Of a stretch of DNA of 64,000 nucleotides, positions 19,633 through 30,021 are shown piece after piece; position 1 is the first letter of the stretch, and every line of letters starts with the position of its first letter. A program made the translations under genes and the position numbers. Source of the DNA: Desulfobacterales bacterium (lineage in GTDB: Bacteria; Desulfobacterota; Desulfobacteria; Desulfobacterales; Desulfosalsimonadaceae); assembly GCA_034520365.1 (NCBI GenBank), contig JAXHNP010000005.1, forward strand, positions 6,474 through 70,473. The letters run 5' to 3'. The notes beneath the pieces are model-generated. The model saw nothing but the letters and a program-made list of their open reading frames with translations, searched no databases and had not been told where the DNA came from.

Positions 19633-20351
19633 TACCACTCCCGCGCAGTCCAGATGAGCAGGTTAAACTTTTCCTCTCTGGGCAAGGTGGTATGGAGCAG
19701 ACTAAAATTTGTTTTTTGGCGAACTCTTTCAATCAAATTCAACTTAGCCTGATTGGTTTTCAGACCCCGATGCAGATAGCCCAGCATGCCGATCAATAAG
19801 TCTGTGAGTTGAAGTATTTCTACTTCATTAGAACGAACATGCTGCACCTTATTGATAATAGATTTGTCAAAATCATAAATATTACTGCCTAAAATATCAT
19901 GCAGGATTTCCACTTTTTTTTGACTGCGGGTATCCTTGATATCCAGATAGATATTATAGTTGGCTTCGGGGGATAGAATTTGCTTCAATAGGACAAAAAA
20001 CATTTTATAATACCATGAATCATGATCCTGTTTAAACGCTGCATGGTCCAGTTTACGTTTATCCGGAATCACCACTGCCCGAAAATGCAGATCCGGTTCA
20101 TCAAAAAAATAATCCACCATAGCCCGATAAAACGAATATTTCGCATTGGATATCTTTGTCCACTTGATTTCAAAACTCCTGGCAAGTCCGTACGCCTCCT
20201 TAAGACTTCTAATTTTTTCAGATATTTCCCTGACTCTATCTTTCGGGCACCAGACGGCACCAACGACCATGGCCGGAATTCGATCAGCTTCAAGATGACA
20301 GGATTCATCACAATAGATATTATAAGTTATCGCCATTACGAAATTCCCCAT
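19632..20351 (-). CDS. DUF3800 domain protein
   Basis: N-terminal YNIYCDES block (DUF3800 [FY]xDESG-like) and a typical length. An alternative start is ATG 20336. The gene overlaps the radC 3' end. Confidence 0.65.
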   Translation of the reverse strand: MGNFVMAITYNIYCDESCHLEADRIPAMVVGAVWCPKDRVREISEKIRSLKEAYGLARSFEIKWTKISNAKYSFYRAMVDYFFDEPDLHFRAVVIPDKRKLDHAAFKQDHDSWYYKMFFVLLKQILSPEANYNIYLDIKDTRSQKKVEILHDILGSNIYDFDKSIINKVQHVRSNEVEILQLTDLLIGMLGYLHRGLKTNQAKLNLIERVRQKTNFSLLHTTLPREEKFNLLIWTAREW

Positions 20352-20997
20352 TCTCCATGAAACTATAATAGCCGCGATGGTTGAATATGATATGATCCAA
20401 AAGGCTTATACCCAGGGTATCGCCGGCCGCTTTGAGCTGGCGGGTCACGGTGATATCCTCGTCGCTGGGCTCAAGGGTGCCGGCCGGATGATTGTGGGCC
20501 ACGATCACAGCGGCGGCCCGGTCGGTGATGGGATCGGCAAAGACTTCCCGGGGATGAACCTGGGTTTTGTTGACCAGGCCCACGGAGACAGTGCGCACGG
20601 CGATCACCTCATGGCCGCCGTTTAATGAAATGCAGAGGAAATGCTCCTGCTTCCGGTCTGCCAGGTGCTGGATCAAAGGAAGCACATCCGGCGGAAACGC
20701 CACCTTGAAGCCCTCGGGCTGGATGCGCCGGCGGGCGAATTCCAGGGCGGCGGCGATCAGGCCGGCCTTGGCCGGGCCGATGCCGTCTATGGTGGTCAAA
20801 TCCTCAACCGATGGCCTGGCATTGGTTTCATCGGTTTTTTTCACCACCTTTTCCGCCAGGGTCATCACATCCTGCCGGGGCGTGCCGCTGCCCAGCAATA
20901 CAGCCATCAATTCAAGATCAGACAACGCCTGTGCGCCCTTATTCTGCAGCTTCTCCCGCGGCCGGTCCCATTTGGAAAGGGTTTTAATTTTTCCCAT
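20320..20997 (-). CDS. radC: RadC-family JAB/MPN domain protein
   Basis: N-terminal KWDRPREKL...LSDLELMAVLLGSG (HhH) and the JAMM motif HNHPAGTLEPSDED. Confidence 0.9.
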   Translation of the reverse strand: MGKIKTLSKWDRPREKLQNKGAQALSDLELMAVLLGSGTPRQDVMTLAEKVVKKTDETNARPSVEDLTTIDGIGPAKAGLIAAALEFARRRIQPEGFKVAFPPDVLPLIQHLADRKQEHFLCISLNGGHEVIAVRTVSVGLVNKTQVHPREVFADPITDRAAAVIVAHNHPAGTLEPSDEDITVTRQLKAAGDTLGISLLDHIIFNHRGYYSFMENGEFRNGDNL

Positions 20998-21025
20998 CTA
21001 ACTTTATCCCTATGTTGAAAAGCGA

Positions 21026-21199
21026 TCAGCCCTTATTTTTAAACGCCGGCGGCGGATCTATGGGGTAATGGATGTCTTCATATTTTTCCACCATTTCCGC
21101 CAGCCGCATCAATTCATCAGCTTCAGGACTGCCGGCTTCCGAATCCATCAACACTTCGATCCGTGCCAGGGCCGTTTCGTATTCGGCTTCGGTTTCCAT
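21026..21199 (-). pseudogene. Short ORF equal to the N-terminal segment of a COG5499/HigA-like antitoxin, with the HTH domain missing (probable remnant)
   Basis: METEAEYETALARIEVLMDSEAGSPEADELMRLAEMVEKYEDIHYPIDPP matches the conserved N-terminal extension of that family, but the ORF stops before any HTH. The track start at 21211 is TTG. Confidence 0.45.
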
Positions 21200-21207
21200 T
21201 GAATCTT

Positions 21208-22641
21208 TCAAACTGCCGCCTTTTTACTTGCCCGTCCCTTTTTGGCTTTGGGCTTGCGATTGGGTTTGCTTTCCGCTTCCTGCCGGGCTTTTCCCGCCTT
21301 GATGCGCTTTAACAGCTCGGATGCGGGCTCGTCATTCGGGTCCTGGGGCACCAGTTCCCCCCGAAACGCCTTGGCCAGGATGGATTGGGTGAGGTGGTCG
21401 ATGTGGGTTTTAGCTTTTTGGTAGCGGTGGTCGAGCTGATCGGCGATTTGAAAAAGCTGCCTTGTGCGTTCAGTAATTAACTCCCTTTCTTCTGCTGGCG
21501 GGATATTTACGCTTATTGTTCGGATGTTATCCAAATTCAGGCCGGGCTTTCCGGCACCATAGGCATCTTTCAGTAACTTCTGGCGGCCATGCTTGGGGCT
21601 TACTATCCATAAATAAAGGTATTCGGACAAACCTGTATCTTTCGGCCGGATCAAAGCAACATGCTGATTAACATAAGCCTCCCCGATATCTGAATCCACA
21701 AGCGCTGTCTTTGTAACATTAGCGCCGGTAATTGTGACAAGAATATCTCCCTTTTGGACCTTTGTGCGCTTCCCCTCTATGTGCTCCGGCAATTCAACAT
21801 GGGCCGCATTTTCAAGATTAAGAGAATCGGCTTTAATGTCCTGTGCACGTATAAAGTATGGACCTTTGTCGGAATAATATTTCGCCCATCCCCTTGATCC
21901 ACTTGTTACATAGTGGGATAAATCTTTAATCTTGTGCTCTTCCCAATCAACAGGCGCATCAGGACTACCATCCCTATCCTGATTATGTTTTTTGAGGCGC
22001 CACTCCCTTGTCAATCCTCCGGAACAAGCCGCGGCAAGCACTGCCATTCGAAATTGTTTGAGAATGCCCGGAATTTTTTCCAGCCGGGCCTGGGCTTGAT
22101 CGACTTTGGCCAGTAATTTTTCCAGTTTGGCGACGATGCGATCTCTCTCTTTATCAGGTGCAATGACTATTTGCATTGATTTCGCTCGACCTGAAGTAAG
22201 ATGAACACCTGAGACAGCCTTCTGAATTTCTTTTAAACCCATTTTCGAAGAGAAAAAGAAATACAGCCATTTTGCAAGACTCTCATCTGAGCAGCTGCGA
22301 ATATTTAATAATTCACCTGTGAAATAAAAATTAGCATACTTTTCAGGCATATTTTTAACTATCGCACACTTTTTACCAATGTTTTCTCCAGAATGTGCTG
22401 CCGAAGTAATCAGAATATCGTTTAAGTTTAATCTTCTTAAAGATTTTAATAAATTTGAATCATTAAGCACAAAGCCTTCTTTATTATTATCAAAATCTAC
22501 TTGACCTTGTTTTATGTCACGAAATTTGATTATCTTATTATTACCCTCTGAAAGGTATTGGCTTTTTTTGGGTGTCTTACCTAAAAAAACCTCGGCCACA
22601 TCACTGACACTACATTTTTCCCAGTTTATCGGCCAATTCAA
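21208..22641 (-). CDS. hsdS: Type I restriction-modification specificity subunit
   Basis: Two target-recognition domains separated and followed by conserved helices (LEKLLAKVDQAQARLEKIPGILKQF...; ...LTQSILAKAFRGELV). 4-nt overlap with hsdM. Unusually basic C-terminal tail. Confidence 0.9.
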   Translation of the reverse strand: MNWPINWEKCSVSDVAEVFLGKTPKKSQYLSEGNNKIIKFRDIKQGQVDFDNNKEGFVLNDSNLLKSLRRLNLNDILITSAAHSGENIGKKCAIVKNMPEKYANFYFTGELLNIRSCSDESLAKWLYFFFSSKMGLKEIQKAVSGVHLTSGRAKSMQIVIAPDKERDRIVAKLEKLLAKVDQAQARLEKIPGILKQFRMAVLAAACSGGLTREWRLKKHNQDRDGSPDAPVDWEEHKIKDLSHYVTSGSRGWAKYYSDKGPYFIRAQDIKADSLNLENAAHVELPEHIEGKRTKVQKGDILVTITGANVTKTALVDSDIGEAYVNQHVALIRPKDTGLSEYLYLWIVSPKHGRQKLLKDAYGAGKPGLNLDNIRTISVNIPPAEERELITERTRQLFQIADQLDHRYQKAKTHIDHLTQSILAKAFRGELVPQDPNDEPASELLKRIKAGKARQEAESKPNRKPKAKKGRASKKAAV

Positions 22642-24050
22642 GGTTCTACCCCATTATTTTCAGCAAGTTGCAAAATATCCCTTAAATCATCCACCACCGC
22701 TTCCAACTCGGTAATCGCCTCGGAGACCAGCACCTCGGGCTCGGGCAGGTCATTGGCATCTTCCAGGGATTCATCCCGGAGCCAGGTGATGTCCAGCTTG
22801 TACTCCCGCTCCTTGATTTCGCTGATGTGGAACTTCCGGAACCGGCCCTCCGGGCCGAGGTCGGTTCGGTCGCTTCTGCCGTCCGGGTCGGCACCGAAAC
22901 ATTTTTCAAATTCCGCAAAATGGTCCGGGGTCAGGGGCCGCTCCTTTTTGGTGATCCCGGGCACATTGGACCGGGCATCGAAAATCCAGGTGTTTTCCGT
23001 GGGCAGCCCCTTCTGAAAAAAGACCACGTTGGCCTTGACCCCCGGACTGTAGGGGGTGAACGTGCCCCGGGGCAGGCGCAGGATGGTGTGCACGTTGCAG
23101 TCCTGCATAAGGATCTCAAACACCTCTCCGGCCTTGCCCTCGAACAGACAGTTGTCCGGCAGAACAATGGCGCACCGGCCGCCGGGCTTTAAGATGTTCA
23201 TGCAGTGCTGGACAAAATTGAGCTGCTTGTTGCTGGTGGCAATGGTGAAATCATCCCGCTCCGGCACCTGGTTGGCGCCCTTGGTGCCGAAGGGCGGGTT
23301 GGTGAGCACGCAGTCGTAACGCTCGCCCCGGTCCGGCTCGTAAATGGTGTCCCCGTAATAGATGGTGGCCTCAATGCCGTGGAGAAACAGGTTCATCAGG
23401 GCCAGGCGCCTGGGCCGGGGAACGAATTCCTGGCCGTAATAGGTTTTCTGGCGGATGCGCTGAATCTCGCTGATGGGCAGGGCGGCGCGGGTCCGGTCCA
23501 TCAACCATTCATAGGCCGCCACCAGAAAACCGCCGGTGCCGCAGGCCGGATCGCAGATAGTGTAAATCTTTTCATTTCGGGGATCCGGCCGGGTCACCCG
23601 GACGATGGACTTGATCAGTTCCCGGGGCGTGAAATACTGGCCTGCACCTTTTTTCCCCTCGCTGGCGGAGCGCTCCAAAAGCCCCTCAAACGCCGCTCCT
23701 TTGACATCCACATCCATGGCCGACCAGTTCTCCTTGTCGATCATGGTGATGAGCTGCTTTAGGTTCACCGGATTGTTGAACCGGGCCATGGCCTGGGTAA
23801 AAATGTCGCCCAGCAGGCCGGGCTGCTCCCGGAGATGGCGCAGGATATCCGCATAATGATCCAGCAGGGCCTGGCCGGATTCCTTTTTCAGGGTTTCCCA
23901 GTTGTATGCCTTGGGAATGGCCACGCCCCGTTCATCCGCCATCTTGAGAAACAGCAGGTAGGTGAGCTGCTCGATGTAGTCGCCGTAATCAATGCCGTCA
24001 TGGCGGAGGGTATGGCAGAAGCCCCACAGCTTGTTAACAATATCAGACAT
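22638..24050 (-). CDS. hsdM: Type I restriction-modification DNA methyltransferase subunit
   Basis: HsdM N-terminal domain (LWGFCHTLRHDG), motif I DPACGTGGF, motif IV NPPFG. Confidence 0.95.
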   Translation of the reverse strand: MSDIVNKLWGFCHTLRHDGIDYGDYIEQLTYLLFLKMADERGVAIPKAYNWETLKKESGQALLDHYADILRHLREQPGLLGDIFTQAMARFNNPVNLKQLITMIDKENWSAMDVDVKGAAFEGLLERSASEGKKGAGQYFTPRELIKSIVRVTRPDPRNEKIYTICDPACGTGGFLVAAYEWLMDRTRAALPISEIQRIRQKTYYGQEFVPRPRRLALMNLFLHGIEATIYYGDTIYEPDRGERYDCVLTNPPFGTKGANQVPERDDFTIATSNKQLNFVQHCMNILKPGGRCAIVLPDNCLFEGKAGEVFEILMQDCNVHTILRLPRGTFTPYSPGVKANVVFFQKGLPTENTWIFDARSNVPGITKKERPLTPDHFAEFEKCFGADPDGRSDRTDLGPEGRFRKFHISEIKEREYKLDITWLRDESLEDANDLPEPEVLVSEAITELEAVVDDLRDILQLAENNGVEP

Positions 24051-24084
24051 TGGGTATCCTTAGAAAAAGGCAATTGTCGCCGCG

Positions 24085-26772
24085 TCAGGCGGCCACTTCG
24101 TAGTTGAGATCCGCAACCAGGCGCTCCAGGTCCGCCTCAAACAGGGTGCGGGCCCTGCCCAGGCCGCCCTTTCGCTCAAAGATGGGGGCTATATCAAAGT
24201 GCTGAAGTTCAATGGCCAGGTTCACAATCATGTGCTCTCGGATCAAATCCAGCCACTGCTGCTGCTCAGCGGTGAAGGTGCGCCCCGCGGTCACCCGGGC
24301 CATGGCCCGGTCCACCCTCTCCTCTGCAGTCAGGAGCGGCTGCGTTTCATTGGCGCTGTGCTTGACCATGGAGATGATATCCGCCAGGGCCTTGTTATAG
24401 ACCAACTGGTGCGCCCGCTGAAGGTCCGTTTCATCAAACCGGTGGCGACGAAGGGTCTTTCGCAGTTCATCCAGGGCATCCGTCCGCCACTGCCGGGGCC
24501 GTTCCAAAAGAATGCGGATGGCCTCGACCTGCTCCGGATTTTCTGTCACAAACCGGGCAAAGGCGTCAAGATAGTCTTCGGGTTTTTGATAGGTCCCGCC
24601 GGATTGAAACACGGTTTCTGAGGATACGGTATCTTCGGCCTCATAGGCAACCAGAAAGCTCCGCTTGGCCCGGGGATAGTTGACCAAAAGCTCCTGAAAG
24701 GTGTTGTTTCGCAGGATCTGCATGGTATCCATGAACGCATCCTGCAGGCGCTTGGGCAGCTCGGAGGCGAACCGGCCCATGTCGCCCTCCGGAATAAAGG
24801 CGGCAAACTGTTCCCGGGCCTGACCGCTCATGGTCCGGTCAATGCGGCGGAGCCGCCGGACCAGGACCTTGGTATAATAGGCCCGGTCGACGTTCTGATA
24901 GATGTTTTCGATTACCCGGGCGATGGACACCGGCTCTTTTTGCGGCGGTTCGACCCTGAAATCCGTAGTGTTCTGAAAGTACTGAATCAAGGTCCCGTCA
25001 AAGCAGTCGAAAATGGCAAATTTTTCCTTATGGATTTCCGGACAGCGCCGTGTGCCGCGGCCCAGCATCTGTACCCAGAGGATGCGGGATTTGACCGGCC
25101 GGAGAAACACCAGAAACTCCAGCGGCGGAATATCCACCCCGGTGGTCAGCATATCCACGGTGACCACGATCTTGGGATTCGGCCGGTTGCGGAATTCCCG
25201 GATTTTCTGAAGCGGCCGGTCCACGCTGGGGCTCCCGGTGATCTTTTTGACGGATTCATCCCCCAGCCCGAATTCCTCCTTGCAGATCTGCACCAGCTGG
25301 TCGCAGTGGGAGGTGTGGGGCAGATCGTTGGCGGCAAAAATCAGGATCTTGGGAAACCGGCCAGTCTCTTCCTGATACTGATACGCATACCTGGCAATCT
25401 CACGAATGATTTGCCGGTTGCTTTCCGGTGCGGTGACTTTCTGCTCGATCTCCTGGGTGCCGAATTCCCGCTCATCCTCCAATTCGTCATAGGCTTCATC
25501 CCCGGTTTCCGTGTCCACAATGCCTACGGATTCGCCGGGCTTCAGGAAGACCCCGTTCATGCGGATATTAGAGGCGATTTTGACCGCATCATAATCCACC
25601 AGGTAGCCATCCTGGATGGCCTGCTCCGTGGTATACCGATAGGCCACCTCCCGGAACAGAGCCAGTGTATGGGCCGCCGGCGTGGCGGTGAGGCCGATCT
25701 TGACGGCATCAAAATAGTTCATGGTTTGTCGGCGCACCGCGGTTTCCCGGGCGGTATAGCCCCGGTGGCATTCATCCGCGATGATCACGTCAAACGCATG
25801 GATGGGGATATCGAGCTGGCTCGTATCCGCCTCATAATCCGGATCGCTTTCAGACTGGGAAAAGGCATTTTCCCAGCCGAACAGATTGATGGTCATCCGC
25901 TGGATGGTGCAGACATACACAAAGGTATGCGCCGCATTGGGCGCGGTGAGATACTCATTGGGAAGCACCCGGCAGTCAAAGGGTTTGTCGTCATCCAAGT
26001 CCTCCTTGCGGAACCGCTGGCTGTAAACTTCGTATTCCTTGTTGAATTTGCTGCCCTTGGGAGTGGTAAATGCGGTCAGTTCCCGAACCGCCTGGGCGGC
26101 CAGGGCCCGGCGGTCCACCAGAAACAGGATGCGGCGGGCGGCCCTGGCTTCAAGCAGCCGGTAAATCAGGGAAACAATGGTGAAGGTTTTGCCGGTGCCG
26201 GTGGCCATGGCCAGGAGCATGGCGCGTTTGCGCTTGGCGATGGCGGTTTCAATGGCTTCGACAGCGTCCAACTGATAGGGACGAAGATTTTTTATGGTTG
26301 GGGGATGGTTTTGGAGCGCGTCATACCCGGCAATGATGTCATCATCAAAACATTCCGTGAGGGCCTCGGGGGTATGAAAGGCGCTGATCTGACGGGCGAT
26401 ATTTTTGGGATCACGGACATCCAGAAACCAGATGACCTCGCCGTTGGAAGCATAGAGAAAAGGCACCTTGTACCCGTTCCAGGCGCCGATGTTGTTGAAG
26501 ACGCCTTTGGCATAACGCTTGGCCTGCTCCAGAACATTCTGGGGGCCGACCTTGACTTTTTTGGCTTCAATGATGCCCAGCAGCCGGCCGTCAACAATAA
26601 GGGCGTAATCAGCCGGGCCGTTCGCGGTGGGATATTCTTCCACCGCATGGCGGTCAAGGGTTTCGAGATCCAATTCATCCGTATACTTGATAATCGACCA
26701 CGGCGGATTGAGCGACTGTAGCCGCTTGTTAATTCGGTCCCGGCGGGTCTGCCATTCCAACTCATCGACCAT
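24085..26772 (-). CDS. hsdR: Type I restriction enzyme endonuclease/translocase subunit
   Basis: PD-(D/E)xK nuclease region (ADYALIVDGRLLGIIEAKK), Walker A MATGTGKT, DEAH-like ADECHR, and helicase C motifs. Confidence 0.9.
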   Translation of the reverse strand: MVDELEWQTRRDRINKRLQSLNPPWSIIKYTDELDLETLDRHAVEEYPTANGPADYALIVDGRLLGIIEAKKVKVGPQNVLEQAKRYAKGVFNNIGAWNGYKVPFLYASNGEVIWFLDVRDPKNIARQISAFHTPEALTECFDDDIIAGYDALQNHPPTIKNLRPYQLDAVEAIETAIAKRKRAMLLAMATGTGKTFTIVSLIYRLLEARAARRILFLVDRRALAAQAVRELTAFTTPKGSKFNKEYEVYSQRFRKEDLDDDKPFDCRVLPNEYLTAPNAAHTFVYVCTIQRMTINLFGWENAFSQSESDPDYEADTSQLDIPIHAFDVIIADECHRGYTARETAVRRQTMNYFDAVKIGLTATPAAHTLALFREVAYRYTTEQAIQDGYLVDYDAVKIASNIRMNGVFLKPGESVGIVDTETGDEAYDELEDEREFGTQEIEQKVTAPESNRQIIREIARYAYQYQEETGRFPKILIFAANDLPHTSHCDQLVQICKEEFGLGDESVKKITGSPSVDRPLQKIREFRNRPNPKIVVTVDMLTTGVDIPPLEFLVFLRPVKSRILWVQMLGRGTRRCPEIHKEKFAIFDCFDGTLIQYFQNTTDFRVEPPQKEPVSIARVIENIYQNVDRAYYTKVLVRRLRRIDRTMSGQAREQFAAFIPEGDMGRFASELPKRLQDAFMDTMQILRNNTFQELLVNYPRAKRSFLVAYEAEDTVSSETVFQSGGTYQKPEDYLDAFARFVTENPEQVEAIRILLERPRQWRTDALDELRKTLRRHRFDETDLQRAHQLVYNKALADIISMVKHSANETQPLLTAEERVDRAMARVTAGRTFTAEQQQWLDLIREHMIVNLAIELQHFDIAPIFERKGGLGRARTLFEADLERLVADLNYEVAA

Positions 26773-27080
26773 TGGATGCCCACCTGTTCAGTTTCAAGAT
26801 AGTCATCAAATTTTATCCAGGTAAAGCCTATCAAAACAAAAAGCTTTATCCCCGCAACCATGATACGGAATTTTCTACTTTGTCAAAAAAACGACCAAAT
26901 GTAAAGCCTGTTCATTTTTTAACAAGCCGAAATTTTAAGACAAATAAAAATACTTGCAAATTTCGGCGTAAAAACCGAACTTTGTATGAAAATTATCCAG
27001 CATTTAAAGAAATCGTTGAATTGATTGCTGAAAAGTTATAGATAATAACATTGGATTTAAAAAATATTTAGGAGAAAACC

Positions 27081-27998
27081 ATGAGGGCCATATACAAATT
27101 TGTGCTGATTCTATTTATATCACTGGCAATTGCCTTGCCGGGACAGAGCTATGCGGCCGGCACCTCGGATGCCTGTGCCACCAAATACCCCATAATTCTG
27201 GCCCACGGCACGGGCGGTGCGGCGGAGATGATGGGAATTGTGGATTACTGGTGGGGGATACCCGAGGCCCTGCGCAATGAAGGGGCGGAAGTGTATGTGA
27301 CCTCGGTCAACGGCATGGACGGAACCGATGATAAAGCCGAACAGTTCAAAAAGAAATTCTTCGAAATTAAAGCGGCCCTTGAAAAGGACCTGCCGACCGA
27401 GAGCGCCCCAAAATTCAATATTATCGGCCACTCCCACGGGGCCCTGTACACCCGGTATGCGATCAGCAACCTGGGAATTGCTGAAAATGTCGCCAGCTAC
27501 ACGAGCATTGCCGGTCCGCACCATGGGATGTTTCTGGCGGATGCCCTTGTTCAAGCAACACCGGAACTGATTCAACAGCTGACCGGCAAAACCCTGGATT
27601 TTGTTTACGCCTATTTTTTCGGCAATACCCAACCGGACTCGCTGGATAACGTCTATGACGTCACCCGGGCTCAGATGGACTTTTTCAATGACAATTGTCC
27701 CAATGATGAAAATATTTATTACCAGAGCTATGCCGCCCGGGTGAAGCTGACCTGCCCCAATCCTGTGCTGGAGCCCACATGGCTCTTTCTCTTATCCCAT
27801 GAAGGCCCCAATGACGGTCTGGTCAGCGTAGAAAGCGCCCAATGGGGCACATTCAAAGGATCAGAATCCGGAGCCTGGTGGAGCCCCGGATGTGACCACC
27901 TGGCCATTATCGGCCACCTGTTCGGCATGACCCCGGGATTCAACGCACCGGAATTTTACATCGACATTGTCAGTGAGCTGAAACGTAAAGGATTCTAA
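27081..27998 (+). CDS. Secreted triacylglycerol lipase (family I-like alpha/beta hydrolase)
   Basis: Signal peptide, oxyanion region PIILAHGTGG, nucleophile elbow GHSHG. AGGAG Shine-Dalgarno before the ATG. Confidence 0.85.
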   Translation: MRAIYKFVLILFISLAIALPGQSYAAGTSDACATKYPIILAHGTGGAAEMMGIVDYWWGIPEALRNEGAEVYVTSVNGMDGTDDKAEQFKKKFFEIKAALEKDLPTESAPKFNIIGHSHGALYTRYAISNLGIAENVASYTSIAGPHHGMFLADALVQATPELIQQLTGKTLDFVYAYFFGNTQPDSLDNVYDVTRAQMDFFNDNCPNDENIYYQSYAARVKLTCPNPVLEPTWLFLLSHEGPNDGLVSVESAQWGTFKGSESGAWWSPGCDHLAIIGHLFGMTPGFNAPEFYIDIVSELKRKGF

Positions 27999-28266
27999 AT
28001 CAACCTGCCTCTCCACGCTCCGTATCGCCCCAATCTCAATGCCATTAATACTTAAGGAGTAGTAATCCCGCCCCAATGACATACCCCGCTGCAATACCGG
28101 CAGAATTAATTGCCTTCAACTTCTCCAGCGAAAAACACTAGTTATTACCTGACAAAAATACCGTTGCCTTTTAGTATTGAATAACGATCAGAGTTTGTCA
28201 TTATACCCATGTTAGTTTCTGTAAACGTCGTTTAACAATTTTTTCATCATCTAAGGAGGTTGCGTA

Positions 28267-30021
28267 ATGGACGGCATCAGTGGCGCCTATCCCGAGTTTG
28301 TCGATTCCATTGACAGCTTTTCCGAACTGCTTCAATACCGGGCAAAAGATGCCCCGGACCGGCTTTTGTTCACCTACCTGGAAGACGGGGAGAATGAATC
28401 CGCGCAAATGACCTACCGGGATCTTGACCAAAAAGCCCGGGCGATTGCGGCCGAGCTTCTTTCCGTCTGCCGCCCGGGAGACCGGGCGCTTCTGCTGTAC
28501 CTGCCCGACCTGAACTATATCGCGGGTTTCATGGGATGCCTGTATGCCGGCATTATCGCCGTTCCCGCCTATCCGCCGGACCCCTCGCGCCTGGCCCAGA
28601 CACTTCCGAGATTAAAAGGAATTATTGAGGATTCCGGTGCAAAAATCGCGCTCAGCACCCAACTGGTGGTTGGCTTTGCCCAGGACCTTTTTGAAAAAGA
28701 GGCTGCCTTAAAAAACATTCAGTGGCTGGCAACCGACGACCTGCCGGCAGAGCCCGTATCTTCGTATGAATTGCCCGCACTCACCCCGGATTACCTGGCC
28801 TTTCTGCAATATACCTCCGGCTCCACCGGAATTCCTAAAGGGGTGATGGTCAGCCACGGCAATCTTCTGAAAAACGCCGCCCTGATTCAGGCCGGATTTG
28901 AGGATACGCCGGAGACTTTCGGTGTGTCCTGGCTGCCGCCCTATCATGACATGGGGCTGATCGGAGGCATCCTCCAGCCCATCTATCTCGGCGCGGGCAC
29001 CGTTTTGATGTCCCCCATGATGTTTCTTCAAAAACCCTTCCGCTGGCTTTCCGCCATTTCCAAATACCGCGCCACCACCAGCGGGGGGCCCAACTTTGCC
29101 TATGACCTGTGCGCAAGGAAGGTTACGCCTGAAGAGAAAAAACAGCTGGATTTAAGCTGCTGGCAACTGGCCTTCAACGGCGCCGAACCGGTCCGCGAAG
29201 AAACGCTGACCGCTTTTGCCGAGGCGTTTTCCGAATGCGGATTCAAAATGGAAGCGTTTTATCCCTGTTACGGAATGGCTGAAACGACCCTGTTTGTCGC
29301 CGGCGGCCAAAAAGGCGTCCGGCCGAGACAGACCGCAATTAACAGCAGCGCCCTGCAATGCCACCGGGCGGAAAAAAATCCGGAATCCGGCGATGCCAAA
29401 AAGACACTGGTCAGCAGCGGGCAGGCAAAATCACCGGAACAAATCATCATCGCAGACCCGGAAACCTTCAGGCGATGCCCGGATGGAGCGGTCGGAGAAA
29501 TCTGGGTGGCCGGTCCCAACGTGGCCCGGGGCTACTGGAATCAGCCCATCGCGACCGAAGAGACATTTCATGCCTATCTTGCCGACACCGGCGAAGGGCC
29601 GTTTCTGCGAACCGGGGATTTGGGATTTCTGGAAGGCGAAGATCTTTATGTAACCGGCCGGATAAAGGACCTGATCATTATCCGGGGGCGCAATTATTAC
29701 CCCCAGGATGTGGAGCTGATCGCCGAAAAAAGCCATACGGTGCTCCGCCCGGGATGCGGGGCGGCCTTTCCGGTGGATGTGGAAGGCGAAGAACGGCTGG
29801 CATTGGCCTATGAAATAAGAGACAAGGAAATCGGTCAGCAGGAAACAAATGAAATCATCAACGCGATTCATCAGGCCGTCCTTGATGCAGCGGCATTGAA
29901 TGTCTATGCCATCTGGCTTCTTCAGCCCCGAAGCATACCAAAGACCTCCAGCGGCAAACTCCGACGGCATGCCTGCCGGGAAGGCTATCTGAGCGATACC
30001 CTTGACGTGATTGCCAAATGG
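28267..30021 (+). other. PKS domain: fatty acyl-AMP ligase (FAAL) loading domain (approximate limits)
   Basis: Adenylation motifs FLQYTSGSTGIPKGVMVSH, YGMAETT, TGDLG, and the PKTSSGKLRR-like end. Confidence 0.8.

Noticed and set aside
24940-26721. 593-aa plus-strand ORF antisense to hsdR (and similar long antisense ORFs at 849-1580, 4350-5246, 23205-23762 and 29431-30378)
   Set aside because: These are typical high-GC shadow ORFs with Arg/Gly/Pro-rich translations and no recognisable motifs. The opposite strand carries unambiguous domain signatures.
26860-26886. Candidate hsdR promoter (minus strand TTGACA at 26886-26881, TATCAT at 26865-26860)
   Set aside because: The spacer is only 15 nt, which is too short for confident annotation. 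It was left out of the feature list.
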